A stretch of 64,000 bases of DNA from Trueperaceae bacterium (GCA_965215565.1 CBDCDZ010000004.1:4096001-4160000); one strand, 5' to 3'. Positions 20,917 through 31,846 are shown, counted from the first letter of the stretch. Program-made: numbers and translations. The notes: a model not told the origin generated them from the letters alone.

Positions 20917-21915
20917 TCAGCCGTTCAAGTAGGCGAGTAAGGGACCTCGCCACGCGCTCAGACCCTTGTAAGCTAAGAGTTCTTCGTTCATAGACGCGAG
21001 CGCGGCGGCGAAGGTCCGCCGCCGTTCGTTGTTGCAGAGCGCCGCCTCGAGAGGTTGCGTCGCCACGCGAACGGTGAAGAGACAGCGCCCGAAGGTGGGC
21101 AGCGGAATGCTCACCTGCCGCTCGGTACGGAAGAAGAGGGCGGCGGCGAGCTTTGCGGGTGAATGTAAGATGTCCCGAGGTAAAGAGGTCTCAGCCTCAG
21201 CAGGATGCTGCCCCAAACGCCCGTCTGCGCTCAAGCCCCACACGAAGCGCACGAAGGGTCCCTTGTGGAAGAGCGCGTTCATCACCGGTCGGTGAGACCT
21301 CAGCAGCGCGGCGTTATTCGCAACGGGCTGGTGAACCTCAGAAAAGTTCTGCCCCACTTTCTCCTGCGGGTCCCAGGCGCTCGGAAAGGTGACGCAGAGG
21401 CACTCGGTTTCGTCCGCGCCGCCCAAATCTCGCACCACGACGATATCTTCTTGGACGCTCAGCGCGAGCGCGTGCGCGAGCTTCACCGGGTCAGGCTGAG
21501 CCTCTAGGTGCGCTCTGACCCGCCGCCCCAACGCTGCAAGAGGTGCGTCAGAAGTTTCAATCCAGTATTTTTTTGTCTGGCATCTCTTTTGCGATTGCCT
21601 TAACCTGAGCCCTAATGCTTTGAGCCAGACCTTTTCAGCCCCGAGTTCCACCAAGTCAGGTTGCTCGTTCGCCACGAGGCTGAACACATGGAAGAGGGCG
21701 TTCTCCAAACCCTCGTGCGCGCCCGCCGAAAGGCCGCTGTAACGTTCGGGATGGTTAGAAAGGCTGCTCAGTTTTTGCTCGAGGTACGTTTCGTAGGCTC
21801 CGTCCACAACGAAAAGCTGCCCTGAGTCCCGCGGCGAGCTATCCAACCTCTTCAAGCTGGGTCTGGTGTTATAAGGGACTGTGATGGGAAAAGGGGTGTA
21901 GAGACCCGCAGTCAT
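20917..21915 (-). CDS. DUF3445 / heme-dependent oxidative N-demethylase alpha-like protein
   Basis: QEDIVV, FPSAWDPQEKVG, VHQPV and FRTERQ motifs. Confidence 0.8.
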   Translation of the reverse strand: MTAGLYTPFPITVPYNTRPSLKRLDSSPRDSGQLFVVDGAYETYLEQKLSSLSNHPERYSGLSAGAHEGLENALFHVFSLVANEQPDLVELGAEKVWLKALGLRLRQSQKRCQTKKYWIETSDAPLAALGRRVRAHLEAQPDPVKLAHALALSVQEDIVVVRDLGGADETECLCVTFPSAWDPQEKVGQNFSEVHQPVANNAALLRSHRPVMNALFHKGPFVRFVWGLSADGRLGQHPAEAETSLPRDILHSPAKLAAALFFRTERQVSIPLPTFGRCLFTVRVATQPLEAALCNNERRRTFAAALASMNEELLAYKGLSAWRGPLLAYLNG

Positions 21916-21926
21916 AGGCGCAGAGG

Positions 21927-22319
21927 CTAGCGCTTAGGCAGGTGTAGGGTGAGCAGTCCGTTTTTCATCTGCGCGTTGCTCCTCTTCTCGGCAATCTCTT
22001 CAGGCAGTTCGATGGTGCGCTGAAGGTGCCCGGCGGTGCGCTCGCCGATGAGGAGGTGCGCGCCGGACTCGCGGGGCGGGACGACGACTGCAACCGTAAG
22101 GTGCCGCCCCTGTATAGAAATCTCCAGGTCCTCCTGCGCGACGCCGGGCACCTCCGCCACGAGGCGATAAGCGTCCTCTAGCTCGAAGAGGTCCACCTTG
22201 ATCGTCGCCTCGTCCTCCAACTCGCTCACGAGTGCGCCGACGCGCTCGCGCAAGGTGAGGAGGTGCTGCAAGTCGCTACTCGTCGCGTGTTTTTTGTCAA
22301 GTTCCATGTCGGACTCCAT
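21927..22319 (-). CDS. Hsp20/alpha-crystallin family protein
   Basis: AEVPGV, RTIELP and KNGLLTLHLPK motifs. Confidence 0.88.
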   Translation of the reverse strand: MESDMELDKKHATSSDLQHLLTLRERVGALVSELEDEATIKVDLFELEDAYRLVAEVPGVAQEDLEISIQGRHLTVAVVVPPRESGAHLLIGERTAGHLQRTIELPEEIAEKRSNAQMKNGLLTLHLPKR

Positions 22320-22378
22320 GAGGCAGAGTTTAGCACGCGCCCTACCGCCTTTCTGTCACCTCCCTGATAGCGTGAGGT

Positions 22379-23308
22379 GTGACTCCCTACGCTCGCATCC
22401 CCGTCTTAGCTGCGCCCACCGCGTCGGGCAAGAGCGCGCTGGCGCTCGAGTTCGCCCAGGCGCTGCCCCTAGAGATCGTCTCCGCCGACGCCATGATGGT
22501 GTATAAGGGCATGGACATCGGCACGGCGAAACCTACCGTAGCGGAGCGGCGCAGCGTGCCGCACCACCTCATCGACATTGTGAGCCCAGACGAACCTTTC
22601 AGCGTCGCGGACTACGTGAAGCGCGCCGAGGCGGCCGTCGCCGCTGTTTTAGAGCGCGGCAAGCTTCCGCTCATCGTTGGTGGGACGGGCTTTTACATCC
22701 GCGCCCTGTCCGAGGGGCTGCCCACCGTTCCTCCCGCTGACACGGACGTGCAAGCGCGACTCTGGGCGCGCTTGAAGCGTGAAGGTTTGGACGCGCTCGT
22801 GGACGAGCTAGACGCCTTTAGCCCCGAGGACTCGAGACGAGCGCAGCGCAACCCGCGCCGCGTGGTCCGCGCTCTGGAAATCTTGGAGCGAACCGGGCGC
22901 GCGCCGAGCAGCTTCGCGAAAGAGGTGCCCCGCTTCCGCTACGACAAGGCGGTCTTGCTCCCTGATGTGGACCTGTTAAGTACGCGCATCGCCCTCAGGA
23001 CGGAGCGCATGTTTGGAGCCGGGCTCACCGAGGAGGTGCGGGGTCTCTTGGAGCGCTACCCTGCGCGCCCCACCGCCACGCAAGCGATCGGCTACAAAGA
23101 GGTCGCCGACTATTTGGAAGGGCGCTACACCTTGCGTGAAGCTAAGCAAGCTGTCACGCTCGTCACGGTGCGCTACGCCAAACGTCAGCGCACCTGGTTC
23201 CGCAAGGAGCCGGGGGCGGTGCGCTACCCCATCGCAGAGGCGGCTGGATTTGAAGAGGTTGCGAAGAGATTGCGGGGCTGGATAGAACAGTTCGCTCCGT
23301 CCAAATAA
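22379..23308 (+). CDS. miaA: tRNA dimethylallyltransferase
   Basis: PTASGKS, GMDIGTAKP, GGTGFY and YAKRQRTWF motifs. Confidence 0.96.
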   Translation: MTPYARIPVLAAPTASGKSALALEFAQALPLEIVSADAMMVYKGMDIGTAKPTVAERRSVPHHLIDIVSPDEPFSVADYVKRAEAAVAAVLERGKLPLIVGGTGFYIRALSEGLPTVPPADTDVQARLWARLKREGLDALVDELDAFSPEDSRRAQRNPRRVVRALEILERTGRAPSSFAKEVPRFRYDKAVLLPDVDLLSTRIALRTERMFGAGLTEEVRGLLERYPARPTATQAIGYKEVADYLEGRYTLREAKQAVTLVTVRYAKRQRTWFRKEPGAVRYPIAEAAGFEEVAKRLRGWIEQFAPSK

Positions 23309-23343
23309 TTTCGTTCAGATAATCTGTCGCGGGTGCGTACTAA

Positions 23344-23443
23344 TACGAGGTTGCACGGCTTAGTTCGCAAACTAAGCCGTGCCCGTCCGTGACGGTAAGC
23401 TTAGACGCCCTCTGTAAGGATAAGTAAACCGTGCAATTCCGTA
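23344..23443. mobile_element. 100-bp TA-ended MITE-like element
   Basis: Imperfect terminal inverted repeats TACGAGGTTGCACGGCTTA / TAAACCGTGCAATTCCGTA; internal 13-bp perfect hairpin at 23353-23382. Confidence 0.55.
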
Positions 23444-23838
23444 TAACTGGGTTTTAGGAGGGAGGGGCGAGCGTCAACCGGTTCGCTTAGCGTTGCGCAA
23501 CTAACGTCAACCGCTCCCTCGCATGCGCCGTGCAACCCTTTGCGAAGGGCTGCAACAAATAAACCTTTAGTGAGCCCCGCTCCATGTGAGATATGCGAGT
23601 GTCAGGGACTACCAATCTGCTAAAGTACCTTTTAGAGAGCTTCGTCAGCTTGACGAAGCTCGAGCTTAACTGTTAGAGAGGCTGAACATCGGTACAGCGC
23701 AAGCTACACAGTTTTAGGCAACTCTGGGGCAATTCAAGATTATTCAGGTGAAGACGTCGGCAAATCGCTACAAAAGCTCATGTTCAAGAGGTAATTTAGA
23801 GTCACACGCCGGCGGTGTGACCGTCACTGAGGTGAAAG

Positions 23839-25398
23839 ATGCAGCAAGATATCAACATAACAATGGGGGACCTCTTCCGCTTCTTGAGGCGCGGCTTTTT
23901 GCTCGCCCTCCTGCTCGCGGTGGCGGGTGCCGCCGCCGCTTACTATTTGAGCAGCCAGCGTCCGCCTGTCTATCAGGCAAACGCAACCGTGCTCGCGCCG
24001 AAAGGTGACATTGACGTGGGCTCCTTCGGCATTCCGAGGGTGACTGCGCCCCCCATCAGCGTGTCGGGCTACCGGCTCGCGGCGACGAGTGATACGGTCC
24101 TTAGGGACGCGCTCATCATCGCGGGAACCGAAGAGGTCAGCCAGAGCGACGTCGCCAATTTGCGTGACCGTATGAACGTCACGGTGGACGACACGCGCGA
24201 GTCAAGCTCGGTAACGACGGTTGTGAATGGTGGCTCGGCGGAAGGGGTGGCGAACCAGGCGAACGCGCTCGCTAGGGCGCTCATCAACTGGGACGAAAAC
24301 CGCGCCACGGAGTTTCTCGCGGACAGCGTGTCTGCGCTCGACCAGCAGATCGCTAACCTCGACGCCAGGATTAGCGAACTCGAGGCGAGCGGCGCACCCG
24401 CGAGCGAGATCGAGCGGCTCAACGCGCGGCGCACGAACGCGCAAGAGAACGTCACCGACGCAGAGTCGCTCATCGGCACGGCGGCGAGCCGCCTGAGCGT
24501 CGTGCAGGCGGCGTCTATACCCGTCAATCCCATCGCGCCGCGCCCCGTCCTCTTCGCTGTGTTCGCGGCCGCCTTCGGCTTCTTGCTCGGTTACGCGCTT
24601 CTCTTGGTGCGCAACATGCTCGACACGCGCTTACGTAGTGCCAGCGACTTGGAAACGGCGACGGGCCTGCCTATCCTCGGCGAATTCCCCAAGCTTCCTA
24701 AGAAAGCGCGGCGGCTCCCCCGCGAGGCCTCGGGCTACTTGCGCACGAACTTACTGTTCGCCACCTCTGAGGCGGATACAAAGGTCATCTTGGTAACGAG
24801 CCCGCAGACGGGCGAAGGCAAGTCGAGCGTGGCGCTCAGCCTAGCGGAGAGCTTCACCCGCGCGGACTACCGCACGCTTTTAGTGGACGCCGACCTGCGC
24901 CGCCCCGTCATCGCCAAGGAGTACAACCTCGACGACAAGCGCCACATGCCGTTGCGGGCGCACCTGGAAAACCCCCACGACGCCTACGAAGCTGCCCACG
25001 TCTCGGTCAACTTGACGCAGCGCTTGGATATCATCCCCACCTTCCGCGCCGCGCCCTCGCCCACCGAACTCCTGAGCTTGGGCTTCCAGGACTGCTTAGA
25101 GAGCTGGCGCAAAGACTACGACGTCATTGTCATCGACTCCGCGCCCATCCTAGACGTCGCCGACACCCTGACCATCGCGCCCTTATGCACGGGCACCGTC
25201 CTCGTGGCGAGCTTGCAAGACACCGAGCCGCAAGAGGTCAACGACGCCGTCGAACTCCTGAATAGGAGCCGCGTCAACCTCTTGGGCATCGTGGCGACGC
25301 ACGTCAACATGAGCCCCCGCTCGTCGCGCTACGACTATGACAGCGTGGATGTCCCCGGCGAGTACCCCGCCATTTCAGACAGAGCCGTCGTCCGCTAA
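23839..25398 (+). CDS. Polysaccharide chain-length determinant / tyrosine autokinase (Wzc-like fusion)
   Basis: Two transmembrane segments flanking a periplasmic coil; Walker A SPQTGEGKS, VDADLRRP and IDSAP. Confidence 0.88.
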   Translation: MQQDINITMGDLFRFLRRGFLLALLLAVAGAAAAYYLSSQRPPVYQANATVLAPKGDIDVGSFGIPRVTAPPISVSGYRLAATSDTVLRDALIIAGTEEVSQSDVANLRDRMNVTVDDTRESSSVTTVVNGGSAEGVANQANALARALINWDENRATEFLADSVSALDQQIANLDARISELEASGAPASEIERLNARRTNAQENVTDAESLIGTAASRLSVVQAASIPVNPIAPRPVLFAVFAAAFGFLLGYALLLVRNMLDTRLRSASDLETATGLPILGEFPKLPKKARRLPREASGYLRTNLLFATSEADTKVILVTSPQTGEGKSSVALSLAESFTRADYRTLLVDADLRRPVIAKEYNLDDKRHMPLRAHLENPHDAYEAAHVSVNLTQRLDIIPTFRAAPSPTELLSLGFQDCLESWRKDYDVIVIDSAPILDVADTLTIAPLCTGTVLVASLQDTEPQEVNDAVELLNRSRVNLLGIVATHVNMSPRSSRYDYDSVDVPGEYPAISDRAVVR

Positions 25399-25413
25399 AC
25401 CCTCAGACTCGAG

Positions 25414-25443
25414 AAAAGCTCCGCACTTAGCGGAGCTTTTTTT
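25414..25443 (+). terminator. Intrinsic terminator
   Basis: AAAAGCTCCGC-ACTTA-GCGGAGCTTTTTTT. Confidence 0.8.
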
Positions 25444-25577
25444 AGCAGTTCCACGACACACTGAGGCAGTTGAACGCAGGTCTCAGCTCGCAGAGCTAGC
25501 GGAATTTCATCCCTTAAAGTGCGTGCTAAACAGCGTTTTACAAAGTGAGAGTGTCTCTGACCAGATGATACCTGCTA
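25443..25577 (+). repeat. Repeat family A, copy 6
   Basis: TAGCAGTTCCAC...ACCAGATGATACCTGCTA. Confidence 0.9.
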
Positions 25578-25617
25578 TTTAATGCTGCAACCCAGGAAGT
25601 CAGTGTGTTTTCTCGAG

Positions 25618-26307
25618 TCACGTGAGTTGCGACAGCAGAAATTTGCGCAACTCAGCTACCGAACTCACCTCTTGCGTCGGTCTATAGTCACCGTAGCCAT
25701 GCTCGAACCTGAGCTGCTCGCGCAACCTGAGCCGTACGCTCTGCCAGCCTAGCTGAGCGGGCGCGTTAAAATCCTTGCTCGGGTTGTCGCCCACGTAGAT
25801 GAGGTTGCTGTGCGGCAGACCTAACGCTTTGCTCGCCTCCTCGAACGCTTTGGGGTGAGGCTTCCAGAAGTCTCTGCCCCACGTGTCGGTCAGAATAACC
25901 GCGTCGGCGTAGTGCGCTAAGCGCAGCGCGTCGGCCTTGGCGCGTTGGCTGACAAAAGGTCCGTCGGTGATGACGCCTAGCGGGACGCTCTGGGCTCGCA
26001 GCTCGAGCATGAGCCCCTCCATCTCTGGTAAGAGGTTAATTGTCGGCGCGTGCGCCCTGTAGACAGCCACTAAGTCCGGGATAGTGAAAGACGCGCTGAG
26101 TTCGGGGTAGCGTGCGAGCAGCGCGTCGAACGTCGTTCCCCGCGTGCCCGCCTCGAAGAGTCCCCACAGCAGCGCGAAGGCGTCCTCTTCGGGAACGTTG
26201 GTTGGCTCAGCGGCAGCCGCCGCCACCGCCCGAAAGCCGCTCCTGACGTAGTCGCGCTCTAAGTAAAGCGTATCGTCCATATCGAAAACGACGCCTAGCG
26301 TGCTCAT
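25618..26307 (-). CDS. HAD family hydrolase
   Basis: FDMDDTLY, ITDG, KPHP and YVGDNPSKD motifs. Confidence 0.9.
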   Translation of the reverse strand: MSTLGVVFDMDDTLYLERDYVRSGFRAVAAAAAEPTNVPEEDAFALLWGLFEAGTRGTTFDALLARYPELSASFTIPDLVAVYRAHAPTINLLPEMEGLMLELRAQSVPLGVITDGPFVSQRAKADALRLAHYADAVILTDTWGRDFWKPHPKAFEEASKALGLPHSNLIYVGDNPSKDFNAPAQLGWQSVRLRLREQLRFEHGYGDYRPTQEVSSVAELRKFLLSQLT

Positions 26308-26308
26308 A

Positions 26309-27277
26309 TCAGACGGACCACAGAGGCTCAGCGGTGAAATACTCCGTGTTGTAGCGCGTCATATAGAGCCCCACCTGATACTCGCCGAAACGCTCCGGCA
26401 CCTCTTCCCCGCGCAGCATCGCCATGAGCCAGTCAGGATACTTGCCGCCCGCCGCGTACGCCAGCGGGAAGCCGCCGCCGAAACGCGGGTTGACCTCGGT
26501 CAAGACCGGACCGCGCCCAGTCAAAAAGGCTTGCAGCGTCACCGCGCCTCTCGCCCCGAGTTTTGACAGGACGTTCAGAACGCTAATGAGCCAGTCGCGC
26601 AGGTCACCGTCAGGCAGCGTAATCCCTTGAATCGACTCGCCCGCGAGCGTGCGGATGCGCCGCCGGGGGACGTAGTGGAGCGGTCTACCCGTGAGGTCCA
26701 AAAGCGCGTCGATAGTGATCTCGTGCCCGCTCAGTTCCTCTTGAATGATGACGTTCGGCACGCGGGGCAAGTAGCGCGCCAACTCGCCCGTCGGCACGCT
26801 GTAGATGTCGCGGCTCGCGCTGCCGTCCCTCGGTTTGACGAAGAGGTGTTCGGGCAACTTGTCCGCGTCGTAATCGTCCGGCAACCAAGACGCCGCCGTG
26901 TCCACGCCCGCTTCCGCGAACGCCTTGTAGGTCAGCCACTTGTCGCCGCAGATGTCGATGAAGGCTGGCTCGGAGATGAGCGCCGCCGCGCCCACCTCTC
27001 TAAAAGCGTCGGCGTTCTGTGCCAAAACTGCGAGTTCCGTGTCGATAGTCGGCACGACGAGTTTGATCTGATGCTCTTCTGCGAGCGACAGGAGGTGAGG
27101 GATGTATTCGGCGCTGTCTACGCGGGGCAGCGGCACGCCCCGGTGCGCGAGATAGAGCGCAGGCGCGAGGCTGCTGAGGTCGCCTGCGAAAACCCGCCCG
27201 TCCACCGCTTCCGCCGCCTTGACGAACGCTTGCACGAGTGATGTTCTGCGCCCTGCACTTGTCACGAGGACGTTCAT
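26309..27277 (-). CDS. ATP-grasp domain protein of the type found in polysaccharide loci
   Basis: MNVLVTSAGRR, KPRDGSAS and EVNPRFGGG motifs. Confidence 0.88.
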   Translation of the reverse strand: MNVLVTSAGRRTSLVQAFVKAAEAVDGRVFAGDLSSLAPALYLAHRGVPLPRVDSAEYIPHLLSLAEEHQIKLVVPTIDTELAVLAQNADAFREVGAAALISEPAFIDICGDKWLTYKAFAEAGVDTAASWLPDDYDADKLPEHLFVKPRDGSASRDIYSVPTGELARYLPRVPNVIIQEELSGHEITIDALLDLTGRPLHYVPRRRIRTLAGESIQGITLPDGDLRDWLISVLNVLSKLGARGAVTLQAFLTGRGPVLTEVNPRFGGGFPLAYAAGGKYPDWLMAMLRGEEVPERFGEYQVGLYMTRYNTEYFTAEPLWSV

Positions 27278-27482
27278 AAATAACCTCTCAACGTAGACCC
27301 ACTTTCAAGAATAGATCGAGGCGTGTTCAGCCTTCCCTAAAATTCAATCACGTTGAGTCGTCTGTGCCTGTTAGAGACCTCATAGTGGGGCTCGAGATGA
27401 CAAGAGGTCACGGCTCTCACCGTATCAATAGAAAGAGGTAAGACTGAACCGTCTTACCTCTCGAGCCTCGGTGCGTCAACCC

Positions 27483-28112
27483 TCACTCCGCCGAGAGGTA
27501 GCCCTTCTCCTCTAACGTCGCGATGACCTTTGCCGCGCTCTCCTCCGCGCTTTCGTCTGCGGTGTGGAGCGTGATTTCGGGGCTCTCGGGCGCTTCGTAG
27601 GGGTCGTCGATGCCCGTGAAGTTCTTTATTTCGCCCGCCCGCGCCTTTTTGTAGAGCCCTTTCGGGTCGCGCTCTTCGCAGACCTCCAAGGGCGTGTCCA
27701 CGAAAATCTCGATGAATTCGCCCTCGCCCATCAGCTCACGCACCATCTCACGGTCGCGCTGGTAGGGCGAGATAAACGCCGTCAACACGATGAGGCCTGC
27801 GTCCGCGAAGAGCTTCGCGCTCTCCCCGATGCGGCGTATATTCTCCACGCGGTCCTCAGCGCTAAAGCCTAGATCTTTGTTCAGGCCGTGGCGGACGTTG
27901 TCGCCGTCCAAGAGGTAGGTGTGATGTCCGAGTTCGAACAAGGCACCCTCGAGGACGTTCGCCACCGTCGATTTACCCGAGCCCGAGAGCCCCGTGAACC
28001 ACAGGATGCAGGGCTTTTGCCCCTTCTGCTTTGCCCGCTCATTTCGGCTGACCCGCGACTCGTGCCAGGTGATGTTCGTCGCCTTCTGTCCGGTTGGCTG
28101 CGTCATGCTCAC
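27483..28112 (-). CDS. cysC: Adenylyl-sulfate kinase
   Basis: [22 protein letters not shown] and [10 protein letters not shown] motifs. Confidence 0.96.
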   Translation of the reverse strand: MSMTQPTGQKATNITWHESRVSRNERAKQKGQKPCILWFTGLSGSGKSTVANVLEGALFELGHHTYLLDGDNVRHGLNKDLGFSAEDRVENIRRIGESAKLFADAGLIVLTAFISPYQRDREMVRELMGEGEFIEIFVDTPLEVCEERDPKGLYKKARAGEIKNFTGIDDPYEAPESPEITLHTADESAEESAAKVIATLEEKGYLSAE

Positions 28113-29263
28113 GCCTCCTGATATGACTTCATGAGAATCTTGGCGACTTCAGGGCGGCTGAACTCGGCGGGCGGCATCTGCCCGTTCGAGAGCATCTCGC
28201 GCACTTTCGTGCCCGATAAGAACACGCGGTCTTGCGCGCCGTGCGGACAGGTCTTCGAGGAGCCCATCTGCTCACACTTCTTGCAGTAGAAGGAGTGCTC
28301 GAAGTTGAGCGTCGAAATTTTGAGTTCGTCTTTAGTAAAGCCCTCGAAAATCTTCTGCGCGTCGTAGGTGCCGTAGTAGTCGCCTACGCCCGCGTGGTCA
28401 CGCCCAACGATGAAGTGCGTGCAGCCGTAGTTCTGCCGCGAAATCGCGTGCAGGATCGCCTCGCGCGGTCCCGCGTAGCGCATGGCGGCGGGATACGTGC
28501 CTAAGAAGACGCGCCCGTCCGGGTAGTAGTCGTCCAAGATGACGTTGTAGCACCTCATCCGCACGTCCGCCGGGATGTCGTCGGACTTCGTCGTGCCGAC
28601 TAAGGGGTTGATGAAAAGCCCGTCCACGATTTCCAGAGCCACCTTCGTCAGGTACTCGTGCGCCCGGTGAATCGGGTTGCGCGTCTGAAAGGCGACAACG
28701 GTGTTCCAGCCGCGCTCTGCGAACGCCTTGCGCGTCTCCTGCGGTGTGAAGCTGACCTCTTGGAACTCGCTCTTGGGTAGGTCATGAATCAAGCTGATAG
28801 GTCCGCCCAAGTAAACCGGGCCTGCCTCCATAATGGCTTGCACACCAGGATGTGCGCTGTCCGACGTGCCGTAGACGTGCTCCGCTTCATATTTTTGGTC
28901 AGGCTGATAGGTGTCGGTCACGTCCATGAGGGCTAAGATATCGCCGCTCGGACCTACCAGCGCGACCTCTTGACCTACCGAAACGCTGTCGTCCTCGGCT
29001 TGCAAGGTGATAGGAATGCTCCAAGCGACGCCACTCGTGAGCTTCATGTCGTCTACGATGCTGCGGTAGTCGGCTTCGTCGACGAAGCCCTCTAAGGGGC
29101 TGTAAACGCCCGTGACGAGGCACACTAGGTCCGCCAAATTTCGCTCGGACAGCGTGACGCGCGGCAGGCTTTCGGCGCGGTCCTTGGCGCTTTGCAGTTC
29201 GTCACCCTCTAAGCGCCGGTTGACCAGCGTACCGCCGTGAGGTTCGATCAGTTGATTGGACAT
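28109..29263 (-). CDS. sat: Sulfate adenylyltransferase
   Basis: [21 protein letters not shown] and GRDHAGVG motifs. Confidence 0.96.
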   Translation of the reverse strand: MSNQLIEPHGGTLVNRRLEGDELQSAKDRAESLPRVTLSERNLADLVCLVTGVYSPLEGFVDEADYRSIVDDMKLTSGVAWSIPITLQAEDDSVSVGQEVALVGPSGDILALMDVTDTYQPDQKYEAEHVYGTSDSAHPGVQAIMEAGPVYLGGPISLIHDLPKSEFQEVSFTPQETRKAFAERGWNTVVAFQTRNPIHRAHEYLTKVALEIVDGLFINPLVGTTKSDDIPADVRMRCYNVILDDYYPDGRVFLGTYPAAMRYAGPREAILHAISRQNYGCTHFIVGRDHAGVGDYYGTYDAQKIFEGFTKDELKISTLNFEHSFYCKKCEQMGSSKTCPHGAQDRVFLSGTKVREMLSNGQMPPAEFSRPEVAKILMKSYQEA

Positions 29264-29511
29264 CTATACTCCTAGCTCGTTTCCTGGCTTGTTGAATACG
29301 TAAAACCTACAGGCACAAGCGGGAGTATACCCAATTCACTTAGAGGATGTGGCGAAACGGGTGCGTTTCAGCTCAGAGGTGAGCGCCTGGGCGCAGCACG
29401 GTTAGAGCGGCGTTAAAGGGCGCTTTTGGATAACTCGAGCCCTACGCTTACAACTTCCCTTATAAATCATCGCCTAGAAACCGAGGCTCCTCCCGAAGCA
29501 GGGTTAGACCG

Positions 29512-30372
29512 CTAGCGCACCTCGATCTTGCGAAAACGTGCCAACACGAGCGCGGCGTACGCGCCGTAAGCGACGAGCCCCAAGGCGACTAAGCCAAGAA
29601 TCCAAGGGCCGTAAGGTTGCCGCGCCAGCGTGCTGAGCGCCTCGCCCAGTCCGCCCGCTTGCTGCGGATTGGCCTGCACAGCCGCTTGAATAAGCAGCCC
29701 ACCGATAACGCCGTAAACAACGCCTCTTGCTGCCAATCCTATGCGACCCGCCCGCGTCGCCCAGGTCTCCTCAGCGTCGCCCATCTCGCTGAGCTTTAAG
29801 TCGTCGCGAAATTTAGCAGCGAACCCCTTGTAAAGCTGGAAAAAGCCAATGCTAATAATGATGACGCCGACGATACCCACCAGCCACTGCCCGAAAGGTT
29901 GCGACATAAGCCGCGCCGTAAAGTCTTGCGTGCTGCCGCCACCCCCGCCACCCGTGCCGCGAATAATCTGAAACGAAGTAAAGGCGAGACCCAAGTAGAC
30001 GAGACCGCTGATAGCGTAGCCGATGCGCTTGACGATACCCTCACCGTCTGTTCCCTCTTGCTCGGGGTCCATAATCGCCTGCACCAAACGCCAAATCGCG
30101 TAGCCAACAAGCCCTACCGCAACTAAACCTAAAAGGATGCGCCCGAAAGGTTGATTGACGATAGTTTGCAGCGCACCTGACTGTCCCGTCGTCTGGCCGC
30201 TACTGCCACCTCTAAAGGCCGCCTGAGCCGCTAACACCCCGATGATAGCGTAGACGACACCTTTGGCCGCGTAGCCAAACCGCGCGAGTCCCTTGACCCA
30301 CGCCGCTACGTCACCTGACGACGCCTTGTCTGCGGTATCCCTTGCACCTTCGCCTGTTTCTGTTTGTGCCAT
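29512..30372 (-). CDS. DUF1206 membrane protein
   Basis: Repeated ARxGxAAxGVVY...QP(F/Y)G units. Confidence 0.8.
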   Translation of the reverse strand: MAQTETGEGARDTADKASSGDVAAWVKGLARFGYAAKGVVYAIIGVLAAQAAFRGGSSGQTTGQSGALQTIVNQPFGRILLGLVAVGLVGYAIWRLVQAIMDPEQEGTDGEGIVKRIGYAISGLVYLGLAFTSFQIIRGTGGGGGGSTQDFTARLMSQPFGQWLVGIVGVIIISIGFFQLYKGFAAKFRDDLKLSEMGDAEETWATRAGRIGLAARGVVYGVIGGLLIQAAVQANPQQAGGLGEALSTLARQPYGPWILGLVALGLVAYGAYAALVLARFRKIEVR

Positions 30373-30529
30373 AAATGCTTCTCCTTTACAGGGTTGACGG
30401 CGCGACTTGCGTTTATTCGGGTAGATTAGATGATTCACGCCGCGATCTAAGCTCTGAATACCTGTAGCGTAAGCTGTAAGAGGTCACAAAATGTGGTTTG
30501 TACTCACGGTTGGGCTCGAGTATGAAGCC

Positions 30530-30772
30530 TCAGTCATCCCCGAACAGCTTTTTCAGTGCGTCCTCTTTGCTCGTTTTAGATGCCACCACGTAGCGCTCGT
30601 CCTGCTGCTCAACCTTGCCCTGCTCCATGAGGTGACTGAGCGAACGTTGCAGCGTGTCTACAGCCAACTCCTCATAGCGGTGCTCGTCTATGTAGCGCTG
30701 CACCTCACGCAAGGTTAGACCGCGATTCCCAGCACTCCTCAGCGCCTCTAATACCCAGGTATTGACTGTCAT
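30530..30772 (-). CDS. Small hypothetical protein, winged-helix-like
   Basis: 80 aa; TAAACT-N6-ATG leaderless start. Confidence 0.6.
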   Translation of the reverse strand: MTVNTWVLEALRSAGNRGLTLREVQRYIDEHRYEELAVDTLQRSLSHLMEQGKVEQQDERYVVASKTSKEDALKKLFGDD

Positions 30773-30802
30773 AGAAACAGTTTACGACTTTGAAACAAAA
30801 GG

Positions 30803-31846
30803 TTAAGGGTTCTCTGCCGAGTCGTTTGGTTTGTCTTTTGAACGGCCTGAGCGAGACAGGCGGGCGACGGTTCCCTGCGCGCCGCCCCCTTCTTTCCGGT
30901 AGACCTCCTGCGCGCCGCCCGACAGCTCACCCCACGTGACTTCCTCTAAAGAGATCACTCTGACCGGGCAAGAGGTCACACAGGCGTTGCAGCCGTTGCA
31001 GCGCTCGGGCTCGAGTCTTAGCACCCCCCCGCCCACCTGCACGGGCTCTAACTCGCGGTGGAACGCTCCGGTTGGGCAGACGTTCGTGCAAACCGGACAC
31101 ATGATGCACCCCTCCGCCACGCGGGGCAGCGTCCAAGGAACAGGCGTCTCGGGCTGGGGTTTTGCCGACTCGATGAGCCCGTAGTGCTTCTTGAGTTCGG
31201 TAGGCAGCCCTTTTTCGGTCTCTTCAGCCGCGTTCAGCACCTCCAGGGGCGCGAGCACGTCGGCAGCGCCGCGCTGTGCCCCGCGCCAGCCGCCGCGTAA
31301 GAGGTCGCGGCGGCTGAGTGGATCGGGGTTATCCACCGTGTCATAGTGCTCGGCGACGAGGATATTCGCCTCTAAATCGCGCCCTTTAAGCGCCGCTAGC
31401 GCCCTGGCGCGTTCGAGCAACTCGTCCACCACCTCTTTCGTCGCCGCCGCGCCAACCTTGCAGCCCTCGCACTCGTTGCGGACGAGCGTCACCTTGTTCC
31501 TCTTGCTCGCGAGGCGCAACACGTCGGACGGCTGCAAACGCGACAGACACTGCACGCTCTGCGCCGAGCCCTTGACCTGCGAGCACTTTAAGGGCGCACC
31601 CGGCTGATAAGACACGCTGCTCTCCAGAGCTTGCGACGGGCACGCCTGCACGCAGAGCCCACAACCCGTACAGTCGATGTCGTCGATCTCGACGTGGCGC
31701 TTAATGGTAATCGCGCTATGTGGACACGTATCGGCGCAGACCTTGCAACCGCCCACCGCTCTCGTCACGACGAGACAGTGCTCCGCGGTGTACTGAGGCT
31801 GCACGCTCGTCGCTTTAGAAATGTAGTTGAGAAGTTTGTCGAACAC
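30803..31846 (-). CDS. 4Fe-4S dicluster (polyferredoxin-like) protein
   Basis: Several CxxCxxCxxxCP motifs. Confidence 0.88.
   Translation of the reverse strand: MFDKLLNYISKATSVQPQYTAEHCLVVTRAVGGCKVCADTCPHSAITIKRHVEIDDIDCTGCGLCVQACPSQALESSVSYQPGAPLKCSQVKGSAQSVQCLSRLQPSDVLRLASKRNKVTLVRNECEGCKVGAAATKEVVDELLERARALAALKGRDLEANILVAEHYDTVDNPDPLSRRDLLRGGWRGAQRGAADVLAPLEVLNAAEETEKGLPTELKKHYGLIESAKPQPETPVPWTLPRVAEGCIMCPVCTNVCPTGAFHRELEPVQVGGGVLRLEPERCNGCNACVTSCPVRVISLEEVTWGELSGGAQEVYRKEGGGAQGTVARLSRSGRSKDKPNDSAENP

Noticed and set aside
16545..20953. Long antisense ORFs over rpoD and the LptA-like genes (similar ones over clpB and typA)
   Set aside because: Typical shadow ORFs produced by GC-rich codon usage on the opposite strand.
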